From: Algoriella sp.
GTDB taxonomy: Bacteria > Bacteroidota > Bacteroidia > Flavobacteriales > Weeksellaceae
DNA: 64,000 nucleotides
Direction of reading: 5' to 3'
Assembly (NCBI RefSeq): GCF_036647415.1
Contig: NZ_JAVXKG010000016.1
Coordinates: 19 to 64,018, forward strand
Within the stretch, counting starts at the first letter, position 1; each line of letters starts with the position of its first letter. The notes beneath the pieces were generated by a model that ran no database searches, had not been told where the DNA came from, and saw nothing but the letters and a program-made list of their open reading frames with translations. Both the position numbers and the translations under genes were made by a program. Positions 1 through 9,432 of the stretch are shown piece by piece.

Positions 1-325
1 TAAAATCCAAATCATATTTACCAATCGTTTCAGCTTGATATTCTACCTCGATTTCAGCATCTTCCATACCCAATTTTTCTTCAGATAATTTGATGATATT
101 TAATAATTTATTAGGTTTTAAACGATGTTCAAAATCATTTGCATTCCATAATTGGAAGTTGACTACTTTTTCTGAACGAATTACACCACCACAATCAATA
201 AAATTTTTAGTGATTTGACCTACCTCCGTAACGTGAAAATATTCTGGCACAAATGTTCCGTTTTCTAATTGAAATTCAACATTTTCTAATGTTGGTAAAA
301 TATCTTTTATTTCTGATAGTTTCAT
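1..325 (-). CDS. DUF6428-like protein (arsenic-locus associated), runs off the window start
   Basis: ATG at 325 reads MKLSEIKDILPTLENVEFQLENGTFVPEYFHVTEVG..DCGG..NFQLW; downstream of ArsR; not in the ORF track because it is truncated. Confidence 0.75.
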   Translation of the reverse strand, partial: MKLSEIKDILPTLENVEFQLENGTFVPEYFHVTEVGQITKNFIDCGGVIRSEKVVNFQLWNANDFEHRLKPNKLLNIIKLSEEKLGMEDAEIEVEYQAETIGKYDLDF

Positions 326-396
326 ACTATTTTAATGTGAGTTATTTTATTTATTGAATATTATGAATGAATTATTCTTATTTATCTAAATCATAT

Positions 397-412
397 ATTG
401 CGATATAACGAT
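397..412. promoter_or_regulatory. Putative ArsR operator (second copy)
   Basis: ATTGCGATATAACGAT, 12/16 match to the palindrome at 781-796. Confidence 0.55.
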
Positions 413-434
413 ATATCTTTTACAAAAAAAGCCT

Positions 435-764
435 TTAACAGCATTGTTTTATATTAACATCTTGATCAAAAAAGATGTGAAACTCTTTTTTAATCTCATT
501 CCAAACTTTTTCGTTTATACAGTAACAAACAGACTTACCTTCAATAGAACCATGAATAATACCAATGTTTTTTAGTTCTTTTAAATGTTGAGAAATTGTA
601 GCTTGTGCCAATCCTAATTCACCAACTAAATCATTACAAATACAATCTTTTTGATTGATGATATATTGTAGAATTGCTATTCTTGCAGGATGTCCCAAAA
701 CCTTAAATAACATAGCTATTTTGTTTTGTTCATCAGTAAATATCTCTGTTTTAGTAAGTCCCAT
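435..764 (-). CDS. arsR: ArsR/SmtB family transcriptional regulator
   Basis: LGHPARIAIL, DCIC, ATISQHLKELK, VCYC, C-terminal CC; likely start MGLTK at 764 (ORF extends to 782). Confidence 0.9.
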   Translation of the reverse strand: MGLTKTEIFTDEQNKIAMLFKVLGHPARIAILQYIINQKDCICNDLVGELGLAQATISQHLKELKNIGIIHGSIEGKSVCYCINEKVWNEIKKEFHIFFDQDVNIKQCC

Positions 765-780
765 GTTTTTCAATATTAAC

Positions 781-796
781 ATCGTAATATTACGAT
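781..796. promoter_or_regulatory. Putative ArsR operator
   Basis: Perfect 16-bp palindrome ATCGTAATATTACGAT just upstream of arsR. Confidence 0.7.
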
Positions 797-856
797 AATA
801 ATTTAAACTATTAAAATAATATCGACTAAAAATTTACTTGTTTCAGAAACCTAATT

Positions 857-925
857 TCAATTCATCTCCATCCTAAACTGTAAAGGCGAAATATTGGTTA
901 TTACTTTTGAAAAGTTTGTTAAAAA
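857..925 (-). pseudogene. AraC-family 3'-tail remnant, frameshifted (copy 1)
   Basis: Minus strand reads FNKLFKS / TNISPLQFRMEMN* with a 1-bp frameshift; direct repeat of 3613-3680. Confidence 0.65.
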
Positions 926-960
926 AAATCAGCGGGTTCTGAGAAACCGCTGATTTTTTT
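922..960. terminator. Intrinsic terminator of the nitroreductase operon
   Basis: AAAAAAATCAGCGG...CCGCTGATTTTTTT. Confidence 0.85.
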
Positions 961-1002
961 TAAATATTATTTTTTAGTTTGGTAGTTGTAGGTGAGTAAA
1001 AA

Positions 1003-1635
1003 TTATTTAATCTCTGTAATAAATTTTTCTTTTGGTTGACGAATCTTTTTCAAAGGCAATAACCAATCTTCATCAACTTTACGTTTTCCTAAAGAAAGTA
1101 ACACAACCGATCTTAAGTTTTTAGATTTCAAGTCTAAGAATTCATCTATTCTTGCTTTATCAAAACCTTCCATTGGCGTAGCATCAACACCCAGTTCGGC
1201 TGCAGCAGCAATTGCTATACCGAAAGCAATATGTGCTTGTTTTGCTGTATGATGATATTGTTCTTCTTCGCTGAAAGTAGAAAATAATTGTTTCAAATTA
1301 GCAACCGTATCAGCAGTTTTATCATTAGATATACCCCGTTGTGCATTGGTATATTCGTACACTTTATCAATTTCTTCATCTGGAATAGTTGCCCAAGAAG
1401 TAAAAACGATTAAATGTGAAGATTCTACAATTTGAGGCTGACCAAATGCAATGGGTTGAATTTTAGCTTTCGTTTCCTGATCGCTTATTACATACAAATG
1501 AACTGGTTGCAAACCTGCTGAAGTTGGAGCCAAACGAGCTGCTTCAATAATTTGATTTACCGTTTCCTCATCTAATTTTTCGCCCGTCATACGTTTCGTT
1601 GCGTATCTCCAGTTTAATGCTTCTATTAATTTCAT
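1003..1635 (-). CDS. NAD(P)H-dependent nitroreductase (NfsB-like)
   Basis: WRYATK, LAPTSAGLQP, TPMEGFD motifs. Confidence 0.9.
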   Translation of the reverse strand: MKLIEALNWRYATKRMTGEKLDEETVNQIIEAARLAPTSAGLQPVHLYVISDQETKAKIQPIAFGQPQIVESSHLIVFTSWATIPDEEIDKVYEYTNAQRGISNDKTADTVANLKQLFSTFSEEEQYHHTAKQAHIAFGIAIAAAAELGVDATPMEGFDKARIDEFLDLKSKNLRSVVLLSLGKRKVDEDWLLPLKKIRQPKEKFITEIK

Positions 1636-1645
1636 TTTGTTTAAT

Positions 1646-2506
1646 TTATAAATTAAATAATTCTTTGATAAAGTCGTTTAGTGATGCTGTTGATCGTCCC
1701 AATAAAGTTTCTAACATATTACTTTCTAGTTCGTACTGATGCATTTTGATGTCGTAAATTGTACCTGAATGTAGATAAATTGCAAAATCAGGGAAACCAA
1801 TTTGGTTTAAAAAAGATTTCAAAGCCACTTCTGAAATATCATTATACTTAATCGTTTTACCTGTAAAATTCGATAATGCAGTTGCTATTTCTTGATAACC
1901 AAAATTTTGCGAACCAGTAATATTGTAGGTTTTATTTTCGTGACCATCTTGCAATAATAAATTGGCAGTAGCTTCGCCCATTTCTCTACGCAAAGCGTAC
2001 GGAACTTTTCCGTTTCCACCAGGTAAATTTATATCTTGGTTTATAACGTTTTCTCCTAAAATTTGAACTAAAGCATCTGCATACATCGTATTTCTTAGAA
2101 TTGTATAGGTCAATCCACTTGCTTTGATGTAATCTTCTGTTTGAAAATGACTAATCATCAAATCCTTCACAGCAGAAGTTTGAATATTTTTGATGGCAAG
2201 ACTTGTATAAACAATATGTTTTACGCCTTGTTTTTTAGCAGCATCTATCACATTTTTATGCTGTTCTAAACGATTTTGATCCATCGTAGAAATCAACAAA
2301 ACTTTCTCAATACCATGAAAAGCTTTATTTAATGAAGCTGTATCCGTAAAATTAGCCAATCGAGAATTTACGCCTTGTTCGGTTAATTTTTTTACGCCAT
2401 TTTCATTACTAGAAGTTGTTACAAATTTATCTTTTGTCGTTACCTTTAAAAGTTGAGCGATCACGCTAGAACCTAAATTTCCGGTTGCTCCTGTTATCAA
2501 TATCAT
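1646..2506 (-). CDS. NmrA/atypical SDR NAD(P)H:quinone oxidoreductase
   Basis: ITGATGNLG Rossmann motif, HIVYTS, TILRN.MYAD. Confidence 0.85.
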   Translation of the reverse strand: MILITGATGNLGSSVIAQLLKVTTKDKFVTTSSNENGVKKLTEQGVNSRLANFTDTASLNKAFHGIEKVLLISTMDQNRLEQHKNVIDAAKKQGVKHIVYTSLAIKNIQTSAVKDLMISHFQTEDYIKASGLTYTILRNTMYADALVQILGENVINQDINLPGGNGKVPYALRREMGEATANLLLQDGHENKTYNITGSQNFGYQEIATALSNFTGKTIKYNDISEVALKSFLNQIGFPDFAIYLHSGTIYDIKMHQYELESNMLETLLGRSTASLNDFIKELFNL

Positions 2507-2521
2507 ATTTTATATTTTAAA

Positions 2522-2559
2522 AAATTCCTATTTCATCTGTAAAAACAAAATAGGAATTT
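2522..2559. terminator. Intergenic inverted repeat (terminator or processing stem)
   Basis: AAATTCCTATTT...AAATAGGAATTT between the NTF2-like and NmrA genes. Confidence 0.5.
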
Positions 2560-2582
2560 CGATTATGGATTAATCAATCGAT

Positions 2583-2993
2583 TTATAATCCGCCAGCGTT
2601 TCCTCCGTATTCTTTAGGATCAGCAGATGAAGCAAATTCTTCCATTTTAGAAATTAATCCATTGGTAACTGTGTAAATTTGGATCCATCGATTTTTCATT
2701 TCAGAGCCGTTTTCTTTCGATATAAAATGTTCATTACCCAAAACGAATAATTTATCATCTCCAGCTTCAATAAATTCGTTCGTATTAAAATAAACAACGT
2801 CTAATGCATTGATATTATACTCAAAAAACATTCTAGCTCCAGCTTTTCCTACAAACTTAGCACTTGGCATAATTTGCGTACCGTGATGAATTAGCACAGC
2901 ATCATCAGAAAAGCTATTAACAATTGCATCAATATTTTGTTGTGCAAATACTTCAAACATTTTATCTACGACTTGTTTTGCTTTAGTTGCCAT
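2583..2993 (-). CDS. NTF2/SnoaL-like protein
   Basis: 136 aa with SnoaL-like pattern (FVGKAG..FF, WIQIYTV.NGLI..MEEF). Confidence 0.75.
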   Translation of the reverse strand: MATKAKQVVDKMFEVFAQQNIDAIVNSFSDDAVLIHHGTQIMPSAKFVGKAGARMFFEYNINALDVVYFNTNEFIEAGDDKLFVLGNEHFISKENGSEMKNRWIQIYTVTNGLISKMEEFASSADPKEYGGNAGGL

Positions 2994-3075
2994 AATTTTA
3001 TTTTTTAAAATTGATAATATTCTGTTTTTAAATCTAATACAAAGTAAAAGACAGTTTACAGTATATTTACCATTC

Positions 3076-3109
3076 GTTTCCTATTAGAAAGTGCTTTCCT
3101 TTAGGAAAG
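3076..3109. promoter_or_regulatory. Tandem operator-like palindromes (putative HxlR-family sites)
   Basis: CTTTCCT-TT-AGGAAAG (3094-3109) and degenerate GTTTCCT-AT-TAGAAAG (3076-3091) in a divergent intergenic region. Confidence 0.55.
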
Positions 3110-3153
3110 TATTATTGTAATGGTATTATTAGTAATTTAGTTATAAAAAAAAT

Positions 3154-3528
3154 ATGAAACCAGAATATAAAGCACCTGCATTTTGCAGATTTAGAACCAA
3201 TGCCGAAAAAGATAGTATGGGCTTACTCACAGGAAAATGGAAAATACATATACTAGGAACTTTGTTGTATGGCGGAAAAATGCGTTTTATGGATTTGCAA
3301 CGTGAAATTGAAGGAATAGGCTCTAAAATGTTATCTAAAGAGTTGCAAGATCTAGAAATGAATCATCTGATAACGAGAACTGTTCTGAATACAAAACCTA
3401 TTACGGTAGAGTATGATTTAACCAATTTTGGAAGAACATTAGAACCCATTATTGATTCGATTGCACAATGGGGAATAGATTATAGAGAAACTGTTTTGGG
3501 ATCCAAAATTCCGGACAGTAAAATATAA
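3154..3528 (+). CDS. HxlR/DUF24 winged-helix regulator
   Basis: GKWKIHIL, RFMDLQREI, KMLSKELQDLE, VEYDLT. Confidence 0.9.
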   Translation: MKPEYKAPAFCRFRTNAEKDSMGLLTGKWKIHILGTLLYGGKMRFMDLQREIEGIGSKMLSKELQDLEMNHLITRTVLNTKPITVEYDLTNFGRTLEPIIDSIAQWGIDYRETVLGSKIPDSKI

Positions 3529-3612
3529 ACGTCTGATTATTTTAGAGCCTAGTTTGATCTCTTTTTGAAAAATTGAAACTTTACGAAAACTTTTACAACG
3601 GATAGAAGAATA

Positions 3613-3680
3613 TCAATTCATTCCCGCCCTAAACTGTAAAGGCGAGATATTAGTTTTACTTTTGAAAAGTTTGTTGAAAA
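3613..3680 (-). pseudogene. AraC-family 3'-tail remnant (copy 2)
   Basis: Minus strand reads FNKLFKSKTNISPLQFRAGMN*, resembling the Bacteroidota AraC C-terminus; no upstream gene body. Confidence 0.7.
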
Positions 3681-3787
3681 TATTTAATCTCAATTGTTAT
3701 TCAATTCAACAAAATAATAATCTCCATTAATGTAGTTTTCAGGAGAAATTTAGATTTTTAAAGAAAAAAACTTCATATTAATAAACC

Positions 3788-5197
3788 TTATTTAATCAAA
3801 TTCAATTCCTCTAAAATAACTTCTTTTACAATTTCTAAATCAGTTTCTGTTGTACGCCAATTCACAAAAGCAGCTCGGATTCCTTTTTTATTATTGTAAA
3901 CAGTTGGTGTCATAAAAACTTTTCCAGAATCGTTTATATTTAACAAAAATGGAGCTACTTTTTCTTGATTTTCATCTCCAACCAATGAAAAACAAACGGT
4001 ATTCAGCCGTACAGGAGCTAACAATTCTAAATGATTATTTTGTTCAATAAATTGACCTAATTGTTGTGTTAGATGAATTGAATTATCAACGATTTCTTGG
4101 TAACCTTTTTTTCCATAAGCTTTCAAGGTAAACCAAACGGGTAAAGCACGCAATCGTCTGGAATTCTCTGGAAGAAAATTTAAATAATTAAAATTATCCA
4201 ATGGATCGCCCAAATAAGGCGCATTTGTATTTTGAAAAGTTTCTATTTGTAATAATTTATGTTGCTCTTTCACAAAGAAAAATGCATTATCATAAGGTAC
4301 ATTTAGCCATTTATGCCCATCAACAGTGATACTATCTGCATTTTCCCAACCGTGAATCAAATGTTTGAAATCTGAAGAACAAGAAGCAAAAGCGCCAAAA
4401 GCAGCATCGATATGCCACCAAAAATTGTATTTTTCTTTCAATTTAGAAATCGCTTCAAAATCATCAAAATCTACCGTATTTACAGTTCCTGCACTTGAAA
4501 TTAAGATAAATGGTTTTGTATTTAATTCTTGAATTTTTTGTTCTAAATCTTCAATATCAATGGCTTCTCGGTTTCCTTCAAGAGTTTTAATTTTAATCAA
4601 ATTATTGCTTCCAATTCCTAACATTGACAAGGATTTGATTGAAGAAGAATGCGCCGTTGCTGAAAAAATCGTCACTTTTTCTGAAATTCCATCTTTAGCA
4701 AAATCTTTTCCTAATTGATTTCCGAACCATTGTTTCGCCACAGCCAAACAAGTAAAATTGGACATTGTGGCACCCGTTACAAATCCGCCAAGAAAATCTT
4801 TTGGAAGATTAAATAAATCCAATAATAACTGAATTGTTTCGAATTCTATATTTGCCGAAATATCTCCTTGACCTTTTATTGTCTGCGAATTTTGATCGAA
4901 AATAGTTGCCAACCAATCGCCAACAATCGCTGCAGGCGTAGAACCTCCAGTTACAAAACCCAAATAACGCGGACCTGTAGAACTTACAATAATAGATTCA
5001 AAACGTTGAATAAATTCAGCCAGAGAAGCTTCAGCACCAATTCCATCAATAGAAAGTTTATTTTCTAACTCAATATTATTTTCTTTTGTAGATGTTGGTC
5101 GAGAATTAATTGATTTCAAAAAATCTACGCCATATTCTTTCGTCAGCTGCAATACGGCTTCTAAATTGGTAAGATCGTTTTGTAAAATAGAATTCAT
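3788..5197 (-). CDS. Group II PLP-dependent amino acid decarboxylase
   Basis: GTVNTVDFD, HIDAAFG, DGHKWLNVPYD (PLP lysine). Confidence 0.88.
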   Translation of the reverse strand: MNSILQNDLTNLEAVLQLTKEYGVDFLKSINSRPTSTKENNIELENKLSIDGIGAEASLAEFIQRFESIIVSSTGPRYLGFVTGGSTPAAIVGDWLATIFDQNSQTIKGQGDISANIEFETIQLLLDLFNLPKDFLGGFVTGATMSNFTCLAVAKQWFGNQLGKDFAKDGISEKVTIFSATAHSSSIKSLSMLGIGSNNLIKIKTLEGNREAIDIEDLEQKIQELNTKPFILISSAGTVNTVDFDDFEAISKLKEKYNFWWHIDAAFGAFASCSSDFKHLIHGWENADSITVDGHKWLNVPYDNAFFFVKEQHKLLQIETFQNTNAPYLGDPLDNFNYLNFLPENSRRLRALPVWFTLKAYGKKGYQEIVDNSIHLTQQLGQFIEQNNHLELLAPVRLNTVCFSLVGDENQEKVAPFLLNINDSGKVFMTPTVYNNKKGIRAAFVNWRTTETDLEIVKEVILEELNLIK

Positions 5198-5221
5198 CTT
5201 GTAATTTTTATATGAAGTTAA

Positions 5222-6631
5222 TTATAAATTAGTTTTTGTACGAGAAAATAATCGATTGATAATAAAACCAACCAAAAAAAGTAAAAGGATTGATGCTAAA
5301 GTTGAATAACCATAAGCGCCGGAAATCTGAGAAAAATTGAAAAATAATTGATTTGAATGATTCAAATATAATCCTACAATAAATGCAATTCCTAAACAAA
5401 TTGATAATTGTTGAACCGTCAAATAAAGTGCTGAACCAACGCCAATCAAAGATTGATTCAAATCACGAAGCGCTAAAGTCATCAATGACGGCAAAACGGT
5501 TCCACAACCAATTCCGTAAAAGAAAAATAAAAGATGAACTTGATTGATTTCTATTTGTAATTGATCAAAAATAATTAAATGCGCTACCAAACCAATAATC
5601 ATAATTGATAATCCTGTTAAAACAACAATTCTTCCCATTTTATCTACCAAACGACTCGCAATTAAACTCGCTAACACATAGCCAATTCCTTGATAAACAA
5701 ATGCAATCCCGGTCATTGTTGGAGTAAATTCTCTATAATTTTGAAGATAATTTGAATTAATAATAAAGTAAGCGTCTTGCACCATATAAAAGGCTAAAGC
5801 TGCAAATAAACCAAGGTTAAAAACTCTATTTTGGAACAACGAAAAATCTATAAAAGACGGTAATTGTTGTTGAAATAAGTTTTTTTCTCTCCTAATAAAT
5901 AGGATCAAAAATCCAATCGAAATGACTAATAAAACTAAAACCCACCAAGACCACTGCAATTCGGGGCCAACAATTAATGGATAAATGAGAAGAATTAATA
6001 TAAAAAATAATTGAATAACCTTATTTATCAATACTTTTTGTTTGATATTAATAACATCTTTCGGAATGATAAAAAATGTTATTGCAATAGCAAAAATTCC
6101 AATCGGAATATTAACTAAAAATATCAATCGCCAACTTTCTTCAATCCAATTTTGATCTGGTAAAATTCCGCCTAAAAATTGTCCTAAAACAGATGCAACT
6201 CCAGCAAAACTTCCATAAATACCAAGTGCAATTGTTCTTTTTTGTTGATTATCAAAAAGAATAGAAATCAAAGAAATGCCTTGCGGAACCATCAATCCAG
6301 AACTTATTCCTTGTAATAATCTCCCACCCAAAAGCATATAAATATTGTCCGATAATCCGCAAATTAATGAAGCTAAAGTAAAGCCAATCATTCCTATAAT
6401 ATACAATTTTTTGCGCCCAAAAGTAGCTCCTGCATTACCTGCATTAATCAACAAACTGGCATAACCGATGATATATAAAATGATTATCCATTGCGTTTTA
6501 CTATTTGATAATTGCAAACTATGTTGAATACTTGGCAAAGAAACATTGATGATAAAAAGATCTAACACAAATAAAAAAATGCCGATTGAAAGAATAAAAA
6601 TTTTAAAAATATCTTTTATATTTAATTTCAT
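5222..6631 (-). CDS. MFS transporter (DHA2-like)
   Basis: LDLFIINVSLPSI, GRLLQG, WRLIFLVNIPIG; many TM helices. Confidence 0.88.
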   Translation of the reverse strand: MKLNIKDIFKIFILSIGIFLFVLDLFIINVSLPSIQHSLQLSNSKTQWIIILYIIGYASLLINAGNAGATFGRKKLYIIGMIGFTLASLICGLSDNIYMLLGGRLLQGISSGLMVPQGISLISILFDNQQKRTIALGIYGSFAGVASVLGQFLGGILPDQNWIEESWRLIFLVNIPIGIFAIAITFFIIPKDVINIKQKVLINKVIQLFFILILLIYPLIVGPELQWSWWVLVLLVISIGFLILFIRREKNLFQQQLPSFIDFSLFQNRVFNLGLFAALAFYMVQDAYFIINSNYLQNYREFTPTMTGIAFVYQGIGYVLASLIASRLVDKMGRIVVLTGLSIMIIGLVAHLIIFDQLQIEINQVHLLFFFYGIGCGTVLPSLMTLALRDLNQSLIGVGSALYLTVQQLSICLGIAFIVGLYLNHSNQLFFNFSQISGAYGYSTLASILLLFLVGFIINRLFSRTKTNL

Positions 6632-6744
6632 TTTAGCTGATTTTAATGATTTAATAGGCTAAATTTACTTCTGAAAAATCAACTAATCAAGTAGTTATAA
6701 AAGATGCACATAGTATCGTTTTTTGTACTAATACACATTATGAA

Positions 6745-7101
6745 GTGATTATGGAAGAAAAAAATGTAAAAAAATATACAAGTTGTTGTGGTACAAATGG
6801 AATTTTCAAGATAATTGGTGGAAAATGGAAGGCATTAATCATCAAATCTATCTCAACTAATTGCCCAAAACGATTTGGAGAATTACGTCGCGATATGGAA
6901 AATATGGCTCAAACTACATTGACCATTCAATTGAGAGAATTGGAACGAGATGGAATTATTTGTAGAAAAATATATGCCGAAACACCTCCACGAGTGGAGT
7001 ATAAATTGAGTGAAGTTGGTAAAACATTATTACCTATTTTAGACTTACTTGATGATTGGTGGTTAGATTATAAGAATCCGAATAATGGTAAATTAAAGTA
7101 A
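6745..7101 (+). CDS. HxlR/DUF24 winged-helix regulator
   Basis: IGGKWK, RFGELRR, LRELERDG, PPRVEYKL. Confidence 0.9.
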   Translation: MIMEEKNVKKYTSCCGTNGIFKIIGGKWKALIIKSISTNCPKRFGELRRDMENMAQTTLTIQLRELERDGIICRKIYAETPPRVEYKLSEVGKTLLPILDLLDDWWLDYKNPNNGKLK

Positions 7102-7154
7102 ATATTTTTTTGATAAATGATACCGTTCGTCGTCCTAATAGTATTTATAACGGA

Positions 7155-7250
7155 ATGACGAATCATCAAAATCTTTCACAGTAGAAATATGAATATTTTT
7201 GATTGTAAAGCTGTATAAACAATATATTTTACATCTTATTTTTTTAGTAG
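7155..7250 (-). pseudogene. Decayed fragment of an NmrA/SDR paralog
   Basis: Aligns to 2145-2240 with shared blocks ATATTGTTTATACA and ATCAAAAATATTCA; frameshifted. Confidence 0.7.
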
Positions 7251-7254
7251 ATTA

Positions 7255-7459
7255 ACCCGTTGTGCATTTTGAATTAAAATTCGTCAGTTCGAGTGATTTT
7301 TAGAAATGACACTTCGATAAACTCAGTACAAGAATGAATTAAAATTGTATCGAGAATAGAATTTTATCTTCTAAAACCTTATTCTCGAAACAAAATTCTT
7401 ACAGAATTCCACTCGAATTGATGGTTTAATTGCTAAAATTAGCAAAATACACAGCGGTT
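7255..7459. mobile_element. 205-bp MITE, IS982-like ends (copy A)
   Basis: Reverse complement of 45167-45371 with about 8 substitutions; left end ACCCGTTGTGCATTTTGA, right end degenerate, no TSD. Confidence 0.85.
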
Positions 7460-7519
7460 TTACTTCTATAATTATGAGAAATTAATAGTTTTTAAAAATA
7501 GAAAAATCAATTTCTATTT

Positions 7520-7945
7520 TTAATATTTTGGATCAAAATCGACAGTCCATTCTATACCATATTTATCTCTAAACATTCCGAAATATGAACCCCAAGGACT
7601 CTCAGCAATTTGTACTTCAATATTTCCACCTTCAGAAAGTTTATTAAAAATATTATTTGCCTCTTCTTTGCTTTCTGCGCTAACAGCTATCTTAGATCTG
7701 TTCTCATTTTCATTTACTTTACCCATAAATTCAGGAACATCATTACCCATTAGGACATTTTTGCCAATAGGTAAAGCTATATGCATTATTTTATCTGCTT
7801 CGTTTTCTGAAATTGGAATTTCTGGATTTGGCATATCTTTAAAACGAATAATCATTTCGAACTCACCGCCAAAAACTGATTTGTAAAAATTGAATGCCTC
7901 TTCGGTATTACCATTGAAGTTGATGTAAGGATTAATTTGAGCCAT
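7520..7945 (-). CDS. VOC/PhnB family protein
   Basis: INPYINFNGNTEEAFNFYKSVFG, IMH, PWG..FG..RDKYGIEW. Confidence 0.88.
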   Translation of the reverse strand: MAQINPYINFNGNTEEAFNFYKSVFGGEFEMIIRFKDMPNPEIPISENEADKIMHIALPIGKNVLMGNDVPEFMGKVNENENRSKIAVSAESKEEANNIFNKLSEGGNIEVQIAESPWGSYFGMFRDKYGIEWTVDFDPKY

Positions 7946-7968
7946 AATTTTATTTTTAAGTTACATTT

Positions 7969-9432
7969 TTATTTGTAGTATTGATAAAATTTATTGTTAA
8001 ATAATTCATCAGGATCATATTTTAATTTTAATTGAAAAAATACATCTGCATTCGGGTAAGATTTTCTCATTTTATCTTTATCAATATGTAAACGATATGG
8101 CAAATAATAAGTTCCTTCATTTTTTAATGCGACCTCTACAAGTTTATTTGTCAATTTTTTCATTTCTACTTCTTGTTTATCTGTCTTCTTTTGATTGAAT
8201 AACAATACAAAACCAAAAACATTTTCACGCGCATAATTCAAATAACTATCATTATCTTGATGAACACCACGGATGGTTATATTAAGCAAATCTATTTTTG
8301 AATTTTGTAAAATAGGTTTCATATCAGTAATGAATTTATTGAAATTTCTTTCAGGAATAAAATATTCTTGAAGTAAATCTGTTGAAGAAGGATCTTTATT
8401 TTCAATTAATGAAACATGATCATTTAAAAGCTCATTTCTTGAGTAAATTTCGTTTTTAGAAACCTTATTCATTCCTGTTTCTAAATCCCAACGAAGTCGT
8501 TTTCCATATTCATTATCTACACTTCCTCTAAATACTAGTCTTTGAGTTTCGGTACTTTTTTCTATTTGTAAAGTCGGAATATTTACGTCAACTTTTTCAA
8601 AGAAATTTAATGTTGCTTCTTCTAAAAAATGTTTATCAGAAATTCTTAATCTACCAAATACAAGATTAACATTTGGATTTTCTGAAATGTACTTTTTGTA
8701 ATAATTAACGTAATTTTCTGGGTTTAGACGAATGTATTTGTATTGTAATGCTTCATTTTCTACAACTTTCAACTTAATATCTAAAATGACACCAAATAAA
8801 CCGTAACCACCAAGTACTAATTGAAAAAGTTCTGAATTTTCTTGTCTGCTACAATTTATAATCACACCATTTTCTTTCATTAAAGTGAAAGAAATTACAC
8901 TTGAAGAAATAGGTGGTGAATCTTTTTGCCAACCATGTCCATTTACACTTATTGATCCTCCAATTGAAAAAGAACTGAACGCTTGCATTATAGCAATAGA
9001 TTTTCCTTTTTTATCTAAATACAATAAAGCATCTTCCCATAAAGCACCAGAACCAATTGTCAAAATATTGTTTTTAGTATCAAGTTTCATTTCTTTGTGA
9101 GGGAGCATATTAAGAAGAATTCCATTTGGATAAATTGTATGGCCACCCATACTATGTTTTGCGCCTGCAATTGAAATTTTCAAATTATTTTCTTTTGCAT
9201 ACTTTAGAACATTTTTGAGTTGAATTTCAATCTCTTTTTTATTATTAGGAACTTGAATTATTGTATCAATTTTAGTCAAATTAAGTTGACTTGCATCATT
9301 TGTAAAGCCTTTTGGTATTTGATTATTAATCTCCTTTTCATTCCATTTTGTTTTTAGAATGTGAACTGTCGGAATAGATAAATATATCATTATCATCAAA
9401 ATTGTTATTATCCAAAGATTCTTTTTCTTCAT
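7969..9432 (-). CDS. FAD-binding oxidoreductase (VAO/PCMH family)
   Basis: GAKHSMGG, SIGGSISVNGHG, LVLGGYGLFGVI; N-terminal hydrophobic helix. Confidence 0.85.
   Translation of the reverse strand: MKKKNLWIITILMIMIYLSIPTVHILKTKWNEKEINNQIPKGFTNDASQLNLTKIDTIIQVPNNKKEIEIQLKNVLKYAKENNLKISIAGAKHSMGGHTIYPNGILLNMLPHKEMKLDTKNNILTIGSGALWEDALLYLDKKGKSIAIMQAFSSFSIGGSISVNGHGWQKDSPPISSSVISFTLMKENGVIINCSRQENSELFQLVLGGYGLFGVILDIKLKVVENEALQYKYIRLNPENYVNYYKKYISENPNVNLVFGRLRISDKHFLEEATLNFFEKVDVNIPTLQIEKSTETQRLVFRGSVDNEYGKRLRWDLETGMNKVSKNEIYSRNELLNDHVSLIENKDPSSTDLLQEYFIPERNFNKFITDMKPILQNSKIDLLNITIRGVHQDNDSYLNYARENVFGFVLLFNQKKTDKQEVEMKKLTNKLVEVALKNEGTYYLPYRLHIDKDKMRKSYPNADVFFQLKLKYDPDELFNNKFYQYYK

Noticed and set aside
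7125-7163. Hairpin TTCGTC...GACGAA as a possible REP
   Set aside because: Weak stem; the right arm is explained by the NmrA remnant
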